A stretch of DNA of 64,000 bases. It comes from Alphaproteobacteria bacterium. Lineage in GTDB: Bacteria; Pseudomonadota; Alphaproteobacteria; RF32; CAG-239. Below the pieces are notes generated by a model. The model was not told the origin of the DNA and ran no database searches. It saw nothing but the letters and a program-made list of their open reading frames with translations. Positions 1 to 10,199 of the stretch are shown piece by piece. Positions within the stretch are counted from its first letter, which is position 1; each line of letters begins with the position of its first letter. The stretch is from NCBI GenBank assembly GCA_900767645.1, contig CAAFZY010000040.1, positions 2,661-66,660 of the forward strand, in the 5' to 3' direction. A program made the position numbers and the translations under genes.

Positions 1-1089
1 GGCTTTGATGTTGATCTGGCAACCGACCTAACTCCCGATGAATTAGTTGAAGCCTGTCAGGACGCCGGATTAAAAACTGTTCCAATCGGTATAAAATTCG
101 CCACTACCGGCGTTATTATCAACAACAAAGTTATTGCCGTTTCATCGCTTTACAAGGAGCGCACCGGTTATAAACTCAATTCTGACTTTGCTTTTACCGA
201 CGACTGGAATGCCGACGCTTCTAAACGCGACTTGACCATTAATGCGGTTTATGCCGACGAACACGGCAACGTTTTTGATTATTACAACGGTATTGCCGAC
301 CTCGAAAACGGAATTATTCGCTTTATCGGCAATGCCGAACAGCAAATAAAAGAACAACCGATACGCATTATGCGCTTTTTCAGATTTTATTCCATTTTCG
401 GCAAAGGAAGCCCTGACTTAAAGTCTTTAAAGGCTTGTGTTGAAAATCGCGATTTATTGAAAACTGTTGCCATTGAGCAAGTACGCGATGAACTTGCTAA
501 AATTTTACTTACCCCGAATGTGGTAAACACTTTGCAAATTATGTTCGAAAATGATATTTTAAGCTATATTTTACCGGTTTCAAAAAATTTAAGCACTTTG
601 CAAAACTTATCAGACATTATAATTAAAAACAACTTAGAAGCATCGGCTTTACGGCGTTTATACGTAATGTATTTTCCCGATGAAACACTGGCTGAAAATC
701 TGGCCATGCGGTTACATATGTCTAAAGAAAATAAAAACCGTTTGATAAACTGGGCAAAATTCAATATCAACGGCGACTTGTTGACCGATGACGGCTATTT
801 GCAAAAAATTATATATCTGTATGGTAAGGAATTTTGCAAAGATAAAATTTTGTTTTATGCCGCTAAAAATAATTTACCGAATTTGCCTGTTAACGAACTT
901 TTTGCAAAAATAGAAAAAGCTGAAACTCCTGAATTTCCGGTAAGCGGCGCAGATTTGATTGGTTTGGGCATTGAAGATAATGCCAAAATCGGAGCAACCC
1001 TTGCCTTATTAAAACAAAAATGGATTCAGAGCGGATTTGACTTAACCGAAACAGAATTAACCGATATGGCGAAAAAACTTGCTTGTTAA
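1..1089 (+). CDS. tRNA nucleotidyltransferase / poly(A) polymerase family protein, 5'-truncated by the window edge
   Basis: Frame 1 is open from base 1 and runs without a stop into the ORF that the track starts at 232. It contains the 'RDLTINA' head-domain motif of the CCA-adding enzyme / PcnB family. Confidence 0.7.
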   Translation, partial: GFDVDLATDLTPDELVEACQDAGLKTVPIGIKFATTGVIINNKVIAVSSLYKERTGYKLNSDFAFTDDWNADASKRDLTINAVYADEHGNVFDYYNGIADLENGIIRFIGNAEQQIKEQPIRIMRFFRFYSIFGKGSPDLKSLKACVENRDLLKTVAIEQVRDELAKILLTPNVVNTLQIMFENDILSYILPVSKNLSTLQNLSDIIIKNNLEASALRRLYVMYFPDETLAENLAMRLHMSKENKNRLINWAKFNINGDLLTDDGYLQKIIYLYGKEFCKDKILFYAAKNNLPNLPVNELFAKIEKAETPEFPVSGADLIGLGIEDNAKIGATLALLKQKWIQSGFDLTETELTDMAKKLAC

Positions 1090-1137
1090 ACTAAAATCCG
1101 CTTAGATTTTTAAGCGGATTTTTTATCGTGATTTTTA

Positions 1138-2028
1138 TCAACTTTCAAATTTTTCAAGCAAAGATTCGAGCTCGGTTATATTATTATATGAAAGCACAAT
1201 TTTTCCCTTGCCGTTTTTTGAATTATTGATTTGAACCTTAACTCCAAAACGGGAACTTAACCCTTTTTCAATTTCAACCAACTCAGAATCTTTAATTTTT
1301 TGGGCTTTTGGCTTTAAAGGCGTTTTTTTCGGTTCTGGAGAAGAATCCTTCAGCTTAGCGGCCAACTCCTCAACTTGACGCACATTTAAGCCCTCAGCGA
1401 CGATTTTTTGAGCAAGCTCCTCCGCACCGTCTAAACCAATTAAAGCACGAGCGTGTCCCGCTGATAAATTTCCGTTATTTAACAACAACTTAACCCCTTC
1501 AGGAAGCGACAAAAGACGTAAAGTGTTAGCAATATAACTGCGCGATTTACCAACCACGGAAGACAGTTTTTCCTGAGTATAGTTAAAATCTTTAATAAGC
1601 TTATCAAATCCGGCGGCTTCTTCCAGAGCCGTTAAATTTTGACGAACAATATTTTCAACTAAAGCAACTTCAAGCACCTCATTGTCGGCCAGATTTTTTT
1701 CAATAACCGGAACTTCGGTTAATCCAGCTTTTTGAGCGGCACGAAAACGTCTTTCACCGGCAATAATTTCGTACTTGTCGTTTTTTTTACGAACCAAAAT
1801 CGGCTGCAAAATACCTTTTTCTTTTACCGACTGCGTTAAGGCATTGATAGCTTCATCATCAAAAGTTTGGCGCGGTTGAAATTTTCCGGCCTCAAGCTGA
1901 TTAATCGGCAAAGTTTTCACCGCCTGCTTCTGTTCGGCTGAAAAATCATCAATATTTAAATCAAGAGAATCATCTCCAAGCAAAGCGCCTAAACCGCGCC
2001 CTAAACCATGTTTATTATTTATGGCCAT
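1138..2028 (-). CDS. parB: Chromosome partitioning protein ParB
   Basis: N-terminal 'GLGRGLGALL' box and a ParB/Spo0J HTH region. It lies immediately downstream of parA in the conserved mnmE-mnmG-rsmG-parAB block. Confidence 0.9.
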   Translation of the reverse strand: MAINNKHGLGRGLGALLGDDSLDLNIDDFSAEQKQAVKTLPINQLEAGKFQPRQTFDDEAINALTQSVKEKGILQPILVRKKNDKYEIIAGERRFRAAQKAGLTEVPVIEKNLADNEVLEVALVENIVRQNLTALEEAAGFDKLIKDFNYTQEKLSSVVGKSRSYIANTLRLLSLPEGVKLLLNNGNLSAGHARALIGLDGAEELAQKIVAEGLNVRQVEELAAKLKDSSPEPKKTPLKPKAQKIKDSELVEIEKGLSSRFGVKVQINNSKNGKGKIVLSYNNITELESLLEKFES

Positions 2029-2030
2029 AA

Positions 2031-2798
2031 CTATATCTCCTTTTCACGCTTTAAAACTTCTTTGGCTAAATTGATATACGCTTGCGCGCCCACGCTCTTA
2101 AAATCATAAATAAGTATCGGTTTACCGTGCGACGGCGCTTCGGAAATACGCACGCTTCGCGGAATAACGGTTTGGTACACCAGTTCGCCAAAATATTGGC
2201 GCACATCTTTTTCAACCATTGAGCTTAAATTATTGCGGCGGTCAAACATAGTTAAAACAATTCCCTGTACTTTAAGTCCGGGATTAAACACTTTTTTTAT
2301 CTGATTGATATTTTTAACCAAATCAGTCAAACCCTCAAGCGCCAAAAACTCACATTGCAACGGAATGATTACCGAATTTGCGGCAACCAACGCATTGATG
2401 GTAATTAAATTTAATGATGGCGGACAATCAATCAAAACATAATCATATTTACCGGTTAGAGTCATTAAAGCGCGGCGCAATACAAATTCGCGCTTTTCAA
2501 CATCTATAAGTTCAATTTCAGCGCCGGCAAGCTCCGGTTTAGACGGTAAAATATAAAAATCAGGAATTTCACAAGTTTTAACGGCAAGTTCCGGATTGAT
2601 ATTATTGATTAAAACATCATACGACGAATACTCGCATTTACGCTTATCCACACCCATTGAGGTGGTTGCGTTGCCCTGCGGATCCAAATCAAGCACCAAA
2701 ACTTTTTTACCGATAGCAGCCATCGCTGTGGCAATATTAATCGCCGTGGTGGTTTTACCGACACCACCTTTTCGGTTTGCAACCGCAATTACTTTCAT
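2031..2798 (-). CDS. parA: Chromosome partitioning ATPase ParA
   Basis: Deviant Walker A 'KGGVGKTTTAINIA'. The stop is 2 bp from the parB start, and the start overlaps the rsmG stop by 4 bp. Confidence 0.9.
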   Translation of the reverse strand: MKVIAVANRKGGVGKTTTAINIATAMAAIGKKVLVLDLDPQGNATTSMGVDKRKCEYSSYDVLINNINPELAVKTCEIPDFYILPSKPELAGAEIELIDVEKREFVLRRALMTLTGKYDYVLIDCPPSLNLITINALVAANSVIIPLQCEFLALEGLTDLVKNINQIKKVFNPGLKVQGIVLTMFDRRNNLSSMVEKDVRQYFGELVYQTVIPRSVRISEAPSHGKPILIYDFKSVGAQAYINLAKEVLKREKEI

Positions 2799-3445
2799 TT
2801 TGATTTTCTCCTTAAATTTTCAAGCAACAAAACAACACCATCTGCTGAAGTTTCATTTTTACAAACTTCAAGCTTAAAATTCCACAATTTAGCGGCAGCT
2901 TCAAGTTCATCGCGGTAACTTTTGCCTTTAGGAAAAATAAGTTTGGTTTGACGGTTTGTAAATTTAAAAACATAGCCCAAAAGTTTATCTAATGAAGCAA
3001 CTGCGCGTGCTGTTATCACATCGGCGGGCGGCAACAAAACATCTTCGGTTCTTTTATTTAAGACAGTTACATTGCTTAAATTGAGCACTGTTTTAACTTC
3101 ATTTAAATACAGTGTTTTTTTACCTATACTTTCAATTAATGTAAACTTTAAGCGCGGATATTGTTCTTGTGCCATAACAGCAAGCACCAAAGCCGGAAAT
3201 CCGGCCCCGCTCCCCACATCATAAACAGAATCAACTTGATTATTTAAATATTTGAAAAGTTGAGCAGAATCCGCAATATGTCTTTGCCAAACATCAGGCA
3301 AAGAATTATTGCTTACCAAATTAAACTTAGCCTGCCACTCGTTTAAAAGAGCTACAAGTTGTTCAAGCTTTTGGTATGTTTCACGTGAAACACTGTATGT
3401 ATCAATAAAATTTTTCATAGATTTTTTATATAACGTCAACAACAA
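2795..3445 (-). CDS. rsmG: 16S rRNA (guanine527-N7)-methyltransferase RsmG (GidB)
   Basis: SAM-methyltransferase motif 'DVGSGAGFPALVLA'. It sits between mnmG and parA, as in the canonical gid operon. Confidence 0.85.
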   Translation of the reverse strand: MLLTLYKKSMKNFIDTYSVSRETYQKLEQLVALLNEWQAKFNLVSNNSLPDVWQRHIADSAQLFKYLNNQVDSVYDVGSGAGFPALVLAVMAQEQYPRLKFTLIESIGKKTLYLNEVKTVLNLSNVTVLNKRTEDVLLPPADVITARAVASLDKLLGYVFKFTNRQTKLIFPKGKSYRDELEAAAKLWNFKLEVCKNETSADGVVLLLENLRRKSK

Positions 3446-3476
3446 GAGATAAACCCCTATTGTAAGTTATAAACAT

Positions 3477-4319
3477 CTATTTTAAATTAAATCGGTTGGT
3501 ATAGTGCAGCTCAGACAGCGTGTTTTCAGCTTTATCAAACAAATAGCCGACTTCTTTACACCTGTGAGCATCGTCACTTATAACAAGCGGAATATTTTTA
3601 TTGATAATCCTCAGCAAAAGATTGTGACAAGGAAAAAAATCATCAGATTTTCGCAGTCCTTTTGTGCTTAATTCAGTCGCCGTATTATTTAAAGCAAGAG
3701 ATTTTATAATCTCATCATAATCATTATCATACAGTGATTGATTATAGTTTTTAACCTTACGCACGTAATCAATATGTGCCAAAAAATTAAACAATCGGCT
3801 GTCAACGGCACGTTTTACCGTTTGCAAATGACGATGTACGTATGTTTCCACCGGCTCCGGCTTTTCATTATCAGGCAAAGAATTGTAACAGCTTATATCA
3901 AGCAGATATTCGCCATCTTCACTCAAGAAAAAATGATTTCCGGTCAACATATAATCATAATCAAGATCGTGGCAAAATTTTTCAAACTCGGTTTGCCAAC
4001 CGTCATAAGTAAAATAATCGACCTCATAGCCGACATATACCTTCAAAGACGGATATTTTTTCGCCAAAGAACGCACCTCTTCAGCGTGACGGTTAAACAC
4101 AGACAACGCTTCATCAAAATCATCGTAAGCAATATTGGTTTGATTATTAGCTTTCAAAAACTCATAATAAGGAACTTTTTTAATGTTTTTATGTATAATC
4201 ATATGGTCAGAAATACCAATTTCAGACCAACCGAGATTAACCGCCTCAGCAAGCATTTCATCAACCGTATTAACACCGTCAGAAAAAACCGTATGCGTAT
4301 GATAACTGAAACTTTGCAT
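3477..4319 (-). CDS. PHP-domain phosphoesterase, histidinol-phosphatase HisJ/YtvP family
   Basis: N-terminal 'SYHTHTVFSDG' metal-binding motif of PHP/HisJ phosphatases, with conserved His/Asp later in the protein. Its ATG abuts the mnmG stop codon with a 0-bp spacer. Confidence 0.65.
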   Translation of the reverse strand: MQSFSYHTHTVFSDGVNTVDEMLAEAVNLGWSEIGISDHMIIHKNIKKVPYYEFLKANNQTNIAYDDFDEALSVFNRHAEEVRSLAKKYPSLKVYVGYEVDYFTYDGWQTEFEKFCHDLDYDYMLTGNHFFLSEDGEYLLDISCYNSLPDNEKPEPVETYVHRHLQTVKRAVDSRLFNFLAHIDYVRKVKNYNQSLYDNDYDEIIKSLALNNTATELSTKGLRKSDDFFPCHNLLLRIINKNIPLVISDDAHRCKEVGYLFDKAENTLSELHYTNRFNLK

Positions 4320-6182
4320 TTATTTACTCTTCAAATACCCTAAAATTGCCGTTATCGCCGCCGGAGTTACGCCGGTAATTCTTGATGCTTCCCCGATAGT
4401 TGCCGGACGAATTTTACTTAATCTGTCTACCATCTCGCGCGACAGACCGCCAATTTGATGATAATCTATATCATCACGCAAGCGCAAATTTTCATCCTTT
4501 TTAAAAACTTCAATATCTGCAAGTTGCCGTTTAATATAACCGGCATAGCGCGATTCAATTTCAACCTGCTCATAAATTTCAGAGTTATATTTACTGATTT
4601 CAGGAAACAACTTCAAAATTGATTCACGTGAAACATCATTATAACTCATTAAATGATAAGCAGTTCGCTTGGAACTGTCATGATTAACGGCAATTCCCGC
4701 TTTTTTTAATGAATCATAATCAACTTTTAACGTTTCAGAAAGCTTACGTAACTCATCAATCGCTTGTTTTTTTGCTTTAAATACACTGTATCTGTAATCA
4801 GAAACACATCCGACATCATAACCCTTTGCTGTTAATCGCATATCAGCATTATCAGCCCTGAGATATAAACGATATTCCGAACGTGAAGTAAACATTCGAT
4901 ACGGTTCATCAACGCCTTTGGTAATCAAATCATCAACCATAACGCCAATATAACCTTCACTGCGGTCAACAACAAAATCCCTGCCCTTATTTTCAGCTTT
5001 TAAGGCAGCATTAACACCGGCAAGCAAGCCTTGCGCAGCCGCCTCTTCATAACCGGTAGTTCCGTTGATTTGTCCGGCTAAAAACAAACCGGCAGCTTTT
5101 TTAACTTCTAAACAATGATTAAGTTCGCGCGGATCAACAAAATCATATTCAATAGCATATGCAGGACGTAAAATTTCAACATTTTCCAACCCCTCCATAG
5201 TATGAATAAACTGCTCTTGCACATCAGCAGGTAATGAAGTTGAAATTCCGTTAGGATAAACAACATCTGTATTTAACCCCTCCGGCTCTAAAAAAATTTG
5301 ATGACTGGTGCGGTCGGCAAATTTAACCAATTTATCTTCAATACTCGGACAATAACGAGGTCCGACACCGGTAATTAACCCTGAAAACAATGCGCACTTT
5401 GAAAAATTATCTCTGATTATCTTATGAGTTCGCTCATTGGTATGAGTAATATAACATTTAATTTGAGGATTAGTAATTTTATCGGTTAAATATGAAAACG
5501 GTTCCGGATTATCATCACCGCATTGTTCCGCTAAAATACTCCAATTGATAGTTTTACCGTTAAGTCGCGCCGGTGTTCCGGTTTTCAAACGGCCGGTTTT
5601 TAATCCCAATTGATTTAAATACGGTGTTATACCATTACAAGACACATCGTTCACGCGTCCGCCGACAGATGTTTTATGTCCGACAAACATTATTCCGTTT
5701 AAAAAAGTTCCGGTAGTTAAAACCACCGCTTTGGCAACAATTTCAGTATCATCAGCAAGCTTTACACCTTTTACTTCAAATTTATTATTTTCAGAATCAA
5801 GTAACAACCCTTCAACTGAGGCCTCAACAATTTCTAAATTATTCTGCTCTTGCAAAGCACTCAACATATACTTTTTATATAAATCACGGTCAGCCTGAGC
5901 ACGCGGTCCGCGCACAGCCGGTCCCTTAGAAGAATTAAGCATTCTGAACTGAATACCGGCTTTATCAATAACTTTTCCCATTAAACCGTCAAGCGCATCA
6001 ACTTCTCTGACCAAATGTCCTTTACCAAGTCCGCCGATTGCCGGATTACATGACATTTCTCCGATAGTTGATATTTTATGGGTAATCAAAACCGTATCGG
6101 CACCCATTCTAGCCGATGCGGCCGCAGCTTCACAGCCGGCATGACCACCGCCGACCACAATCACATCATAAACTTTTTTCAT
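4320..6182 (-). CDS. mnmG: tRNA uridine 5-carboxymethylaminomethyl modification enzyme MnmG (GidA)
   Basis: FAD-binding '[16 protein letters not shown]' N-terminus. The 620-aa length is typical of GidA. Confidence 0.95.
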   Translation of the reverse strand: MKKVYDVIVVGGGHAGCEAAAASARMGADTVLITHKISTIGEMSCNPAIGGLGKGHLVREVDALDGLMGKVIDKAGIQFRMLNSSKGPAVRGPRAQADRDLYKKYMLSALQEQNNLEIVEASVEGLLLDSENNKFEVKGVKLADDTEIVAKAVVLTTGTFLNGIMFVGHKTSVGGRVNDVSCNGITPYLNQLGLKTGRLKTGTPARLNGKTINWSILAEQCGDDNPEPFSYLTDKITNPQIKCYITHTNERTHKIIRDNFSKCALFSGLITGVGPRYCPSIEDKLVKFADRTSHQIFLEPEGLNTDVVYPNGISTSLPADVQEQFIHTMEGLENVEILRPAYAIEYDFVDPRELNHCLEVKKAAGLFLAGQINGTTGYEEAAAQGLLAGVNAALKAENKGRDFVVDRSEGYIGVMVDDLITKGVDEPYRMFTSRSEYRLYLRADNADMRLTAKGYDVGCVSDYRYSVFKAKKQAIDELRKLSETLKVDYDSLKKAGIAVNHDSSKRTAYHLMSYNDVSRESILKLFPEISKYNSEIYEQVEIESRYAGYIKRQLADIEVFKKDENLRLRDDIDYHQIGGLSREMVDRLSKIRPATIGEASRITGVTPAAITAILGYLKSK

Positions 6183-6277
6183 TGATATACTTCCTTTGAA
6201 AATTTGCTGTCATAATACGCTAAAATTATGAGATTTCAACACAAAAACACACAAATTTATATTATAAGGATACAAAA

Positions 6278-7621
6278 TTATTTTCCGATACAAAACGACC
6301 CGAAAATTTTATCCAAAATTTCATCGACCTCTATACGACCGGTAATTTTACCCAATGCTCGAGCAGCAAGTCTTATATCCTCTGCCGACAATTCAATTTC
6401 TTTATCAAAATTAAAGCGACGCAAATTTTCAACACATTCATTTAACGCCTCGCGATAACGAGCTCGTGTAATCAAGACATTGGAATCTGAAGTAAAATTT
6501 TGCGCAATTTTATTACCTATATAATTAATAAGCTCTTCAATTCCTTTATTTTGCTTAACCGAAATCAAAAAACAACCTTCATCTTTTAATTTTGAACATT
6601 GTTCAAATGTTAATTTATCACTTTTATTTGCAACAAATAACAACTTGTTTTCAGAATCTTTTTTAATTTTATTAAATATATCAGGTGTATCCTGCGAGCC
6701 ATCAAATAAAGCAACAACCAAATCAGCATCTTTAATTTTATCAAAAGCTATTTCAATTCCCTGTTGCTCAATAACATCAGAAGCATCGCGAATACCTGCC
6801 GTATCGGTAAATATTACAGGATAACCTTTTATATTTAAATTAACGTCAACCGCATCACGAGTAGTGCCGGCAATATCCGAAACAATCGCAGCCTTGCGTT
6901 TAACAATAGCATTAAGCAAGCTTGATTTGCCGGCATTAGCCGGACCGGCAATAACAACTCTGAACCCCTCGCGCATTCTTTCACCATAATTAGCGTTACA
7001 TAAATGTTCATCTATTTCTTTAATTAATTTAAATACAGTGTTCAAATTAGACTCTTTTATGGCTTCAGGTATATCTTCGTCAGGAAAATCTATATAAGCC
7101 TCTAAATAAGCATAAACCTTTAACAACTCTTCACGCCATCCGTCATATAAATTTTTAAGTCCGCCTTCCATTTGACGAATAGCATATTTTTGTTGTTCGG
7201 AAGTTTCGGCGTCAATCAAATCAGCCAAACCTTCAGCTTCGGTTAAATCCATTTTATTATTGTAAAACGCTCGGCGAGAAAATTCACCTGCTTCGGCAAG
7301 ACGAAAACCGGCAATTTCAGATAACGAAGCAAGAACAGAACTTAAAACAGCATGAGAACCGTGACACTGAATTTCAATAACATCTTCACCGGTAAAAGAG
7401 TGAGGAGCCTTAAAATACAAAAGCAACGCTTTATCCAATGTTTCATGTGAAACGGAATCTTTTATATCAGTAAAATAAGCATAACGAGGTTTAATTTCCG
7501 ATATTTTTATATCAGTCATCAAACCAATAACATCAGAAGCGTGTTCGCCTGAAATTCTGATTACGGCGACGCCTGATTTACCAAAAACCGTTGAAAGCGC
7601 ATATATTGTTTTATTATCCAT
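6278..7621 (-). CDS. mnmE: tRNA modification GTPase MnmE (TrmE)
   Basis: G-domain motifs 'GPANAGKSSLLN' and 'DTAGIR', and the C-terminal 'CIGK' end characteristic of MnmE. Confidence 0.9.
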   Translation of the reverse strand: MDNKTIYALSTVFGKSGVAVIRISGEHASDVIGLMTDIKISEIKPRYAYFTDIKDSVSHETLDKALLLYFKAPHSFTGEDVIEIQCHGSHAVLSSVLASLSEIAGFRLAEAGEFSRRAFYNNKMDLTEAEGLADLIDAETSEQQKYAIRQMEGGLKNLYDGWREELLKVYAYLEAYIDFPDEDIPEAIKESNLNTVFKLIKEIDEHLCNANYGERMREGFRVVIAGPANAGKSSLLNAIVKRKAAIVSDIAGTTRDAVDVNLNIKGYPVIFTDTAGIRDASDVIEQQGIEIAFDKIKDADLVVALFDGSQDTPDIFNKIKKDSENKLLFVANKSDKLTFEQCSKLKDEGCFLISVKQNKGIEELINYIGNKIAQNFTSDSNVLITRARYREALNECVENLRRFNFDKEIELSAEDIRLAARALGKITGRIEVDEILDKIFGSFCIGK

Positions 7622-7794
7622 TTTAACCTCGTTGTTATTTTGATAAACTAAATAATATTTATTAATATTTATATAAATTTTTGATTTTAAGCCCCTCAGA
7701 GCGATTTTTAGATTTTTTTAACAGTTATATTATAGCTTGTGTTAAAATGCGCTCTACGGGCTTTATACGAGTTCAAATTTTTTAAGGATTAAAA

Positions 7795-8463
7795 ATGAAA
7801 AAGAAGCTTATAATTTGGGATTTTGACGGCGTAATCGCCGATACTGAAAAACTTTGGCTTAAAAACAGACAAATTTTAATGAAAGAAGCCTTAGGCATAG
7901 ATTGGGATTGGCAAACCATAAATCATTACTTGCGCGGAACCGGCGACCGAACTAAACGTATGGTGCTTGATAATTTAGGTATAACCACAGATGACGACTT
8001 CTGGAATAAAAGTATTGAAATGGATATTAACACCATGCACAGCGAAGGTTTTGAATTAACCGACGGCATTGAAGATATATTCAAGTTGCCTGTTAAACAA
8101 TGTATTGCCACCGGAGGAGTCAAGGATAAAACCGCTGAAAAAATCAAAATAACCGGTATTAAAAATTACTTTCCGGACGATAAAGTTTTTACTATTGATA
8201 TGGTAAAAAACGGAAAACCGGAACCTGATTTATTTTTACTCGCAGCCGAAAAAATGGGTGAAAAACCTGAAGATTCCGTTGTTATTGAAGATTCAATCGC
8301 CGGTCTTACCGCCGCTGTTAAAGCCGGCTGTTTGCCGATTGCTTTTTTGGCAGGTGATATTGAAAACGACCAAATTCACCTTGAAAAGGTTAAAAAGCTT
8401 GGAATTAAATACATTTTTCACAATATGAAAGACGTAAAAAATTTAATTAACGAACTATTTTAA
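7795..8463 (+). CDS. HAD-IA family hydrolase (beta-phosphoglucomutase / phosphatase-like)
   Basis: HAD motif I 'IWDFDGVIADTE' plus the downstream HAD motifs. It is divergent from mnmE. Confidence 0.7.
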   Translation: MKKKLIIWDFDGVIADTEKLWLKNRQILMKEALGIDWDWQTINHYLRGTGDRTKRMVLDNLGITTDDDFWNKSIEMDINTMHSEGFELTDGIEDIFKLPVKQCIATGGVKDKTAEKIKITGIKNYFPDDKVFTIDMVKNGKPEPDLFLLAAEKMGEKPEDSVVIEDSIAGLTAAVKAGCLPIAFLAGDIENDQIHLEKVKKLGIKYIFHNMKDVKNLINELF

Positions 8464-9141
8464 CCAAATTGCATCAGTAATTTTATCGGTCAAAAATTTT
8501 TCATGTTCTTGCAACTCTTGTTCAGAAAGCGGAAAATTTCGAGCTTGCCGGTAAACACGACTGGTTTGTCCATGCTCGGCTTTACGCTCGGAAACAACCT
8601 CGGCATCAAGCTTCATGGTTGGTTCGGCTCCGCCTAAAAGCTCTAAATAAACCTCAGATAAAAGTTCCGCATCAAGCAAAGCGCCATGCTTGGTACGGGC
8701 AGAGTTATCAATATTAAAACGGCGGCATAAAGCGTCAAGATTATTACGGGCTCCCGGAAATTTTTCACGAGCTATTTCCAGAGTATCAATCACTCGACTT
8801 TGCGGATAGGTCGGAAACCCCTTATGCTTAAACTCGTAGTTAATAAAATTAATATCAAATGAGGCATTATGAGCAACCAAAATGCCGTCATCACCTACAA
8901 AATCGATAAAATCTTGTGCAATTTCATGCAGTTTCGGATAATTTTTTAAAAAATCATACGTCAACCCATGCACTTTTACAACCTCTTCAGGAACATCACG
9001 CTCCGGATTGATATATTGGTGATAAGTACGGCCGGTCGGCATATGATTAATCAATTCAACCGCCCCTATTTCAACCAATTTATCGCCTTCTTGCGGGCTT
9101 AAACCGGTTGTTTCGGTATCAAAAACAATTTCTCTTAACAT
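8455..9141 (-). CDS. dnaQ: DNA polymerase III epsilon subunit (3'-5' exonuclease)
   Basis: Exo I motif 'VFDTETTGL' and DEDDh motifs ('HNASFD'). It overlaps the coaE stop by 7 bp, matching the coaE-dnaQ pairing typical of alphaproteobacteria. Confidence 0.85.
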   Translation of the reverse strand: MLREIVFDTETTGLSPQEGDKLVEIGAVELINHMPTGRTYHQYINPERDVPEEVVKVHGLTYDFLKNYPKLHEIAQDFIDFVGDDGILVAHNASFDINFINYEFKHKGFPTYPQSRVIDTLEIAREKFPGARNNLDALCRRFNIDNSARTKHGALLDAELLSEVYLELLGGAEPTMKLDAEVVSERKAEHGQTSRVYRQARNFPLSEQELQEHEKFLTDKITDAIWLK

Positions 9142-9725
9142 TTTACACCAATTTCCTCAATTAACATTGCAAGCTCAGCTTTAAGTATTCCGATAGATTT
9201 GTCGGTATCAACCGCATAATCTGATAAAAATATTCTGTCATTATTACTCATTTGCACCGCATTAATTTTTTCAAACTCGGCCTCTGAAATATTATCGCGC
9301 AGCATAACTCGTTGTTTTTGCACATTATAAGGAGCATCAGCAACTATTATGTCCGTGCAATACTTTTCCCAACCCATTTCAAACAACAGCGCAACATCAA
9401 CAAATATAACATCTTCACCACAAGATGCTGCTTTACGGATTACCGACAAAAACTTTTGTTTCAAAAACGGGTGAGTTAAAGTTTCAAGCTTTTTAAGTTT
9501 AACATTATCATCAAACACAAGCGTACGTAATTTTCGCTTATTAAAAACGCCATTTTGCCAACTTTCCGGAAAGTTTTGATAAATTACGCTTAAAAACCTA
9601 TCATCATAATAAAGTTGACGACACCATTTATCAATATCATAAACAACAAATCCCAACCGGCGGATAAGTCCGGCAATTGTCGTTTTACCACATCCGATTG
9701 AGCCGGTTATTGCGATAATTCTCAT
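9135..9725 (-). CDS. coaE: Dephospho-CoA kinase
   Basis: P-loop 'IAITGSIGCGKTT'. The ~196-aa size is typical of CoaE. Confidence 0.85.
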   Translation of the reverse strand: MRIIAITGSIGCGKTTIAGLIRRLGFVVYDIDKWCRQLYYDDRFLSVIYQNFPESWQNGVFNKRKLRTLVFDDNVKLKKLETLTHPFLKQKFLSVIRKAASCGEDVIFVDVALLFEMGWEKYCTDIIVADAPYNVQKQRVMLRDNISEAEFEKINAVQMSNNDRIFLSDYAVDTDKSIGILKAELAMLIEEIGVKC

Positions 9726-9756
9726 ATTTTTTCCTTATTTTAGCAACTTAGCTCAG

Positions 9757-10099
9757 TTATGCACAATTAAGCAACAAACTGTGCATAACTTTGTAACATT
9801 GAGCGCATTATAACTATTTATGAAGATAATTAAAAACATTTCAGATACTTTATTAACATCTAAAATAATTTTAATCACAGCTGTTAATTTTGTGCAAAGC
9901 TCATTTTATTAACAAGTAGTTAATTTTTACTAAGTGATTGAATCCGAAAATCATTAATATTTTATTAATAAAGTTATTAACAGATTGTTAAACTTTAGTA
10001 TAAGTTTGTGGATAAAAACTTATCCCCAATAATCGCACAGATATACTATTAACTACTATAATTTTAAAATTTAAATTTGGGCGATAAGGGTGTGCATAA
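9757..10099. promoter_or_regulatory. Cluster of DnaA-box-like 9-mers (TTATNCACA) in the AT-rich intergenic region upstream of rho
   Basis: Read directly from the sequence: ttatgcaca at 9757-9765; tgtgcataa at 9780-9788; tgtggataa at 10007-10015, which is the reverse complement of the perfect box TTATCCACA; ttatcccca at 10020-10028; tgtgcataa at 10091-10099. The first two form a 9-bp inverted repeat. Confidence 0.5.
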
Positions 10100-10199
10100 A
10101 TCCGGCTAAAAAGCAATTGACTTTTTTTGAGCTGTTGCGTATATATATAGCTGTTACATTCGTAACTTTCCAGTTTAATTTTCAAACAAAAAGGTTCAT

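Noticed and set aside
3738-4343. 201-aa plus-strand ORF antisense to the PHP gene
   Set aside because: It lies entirely within and opposite a well-supported CDS, has low-complexity I/F/K-rich composition, and is a shadow ORF typical of AT-rich DNA. The same applies to other antisense track ORFs inside dnaE, rho, macB, ptsP, the giant gene and others.
7622-7794. Imperfect inverted repeat gcccctcagagcg ... cgctctacgggc in the mnmE/HAD divergent promoter region
   Set aside because: Only about 10 of 13 positions match, and the arms are about 50 bp apart. This is too weak to call an operator without further evidence.
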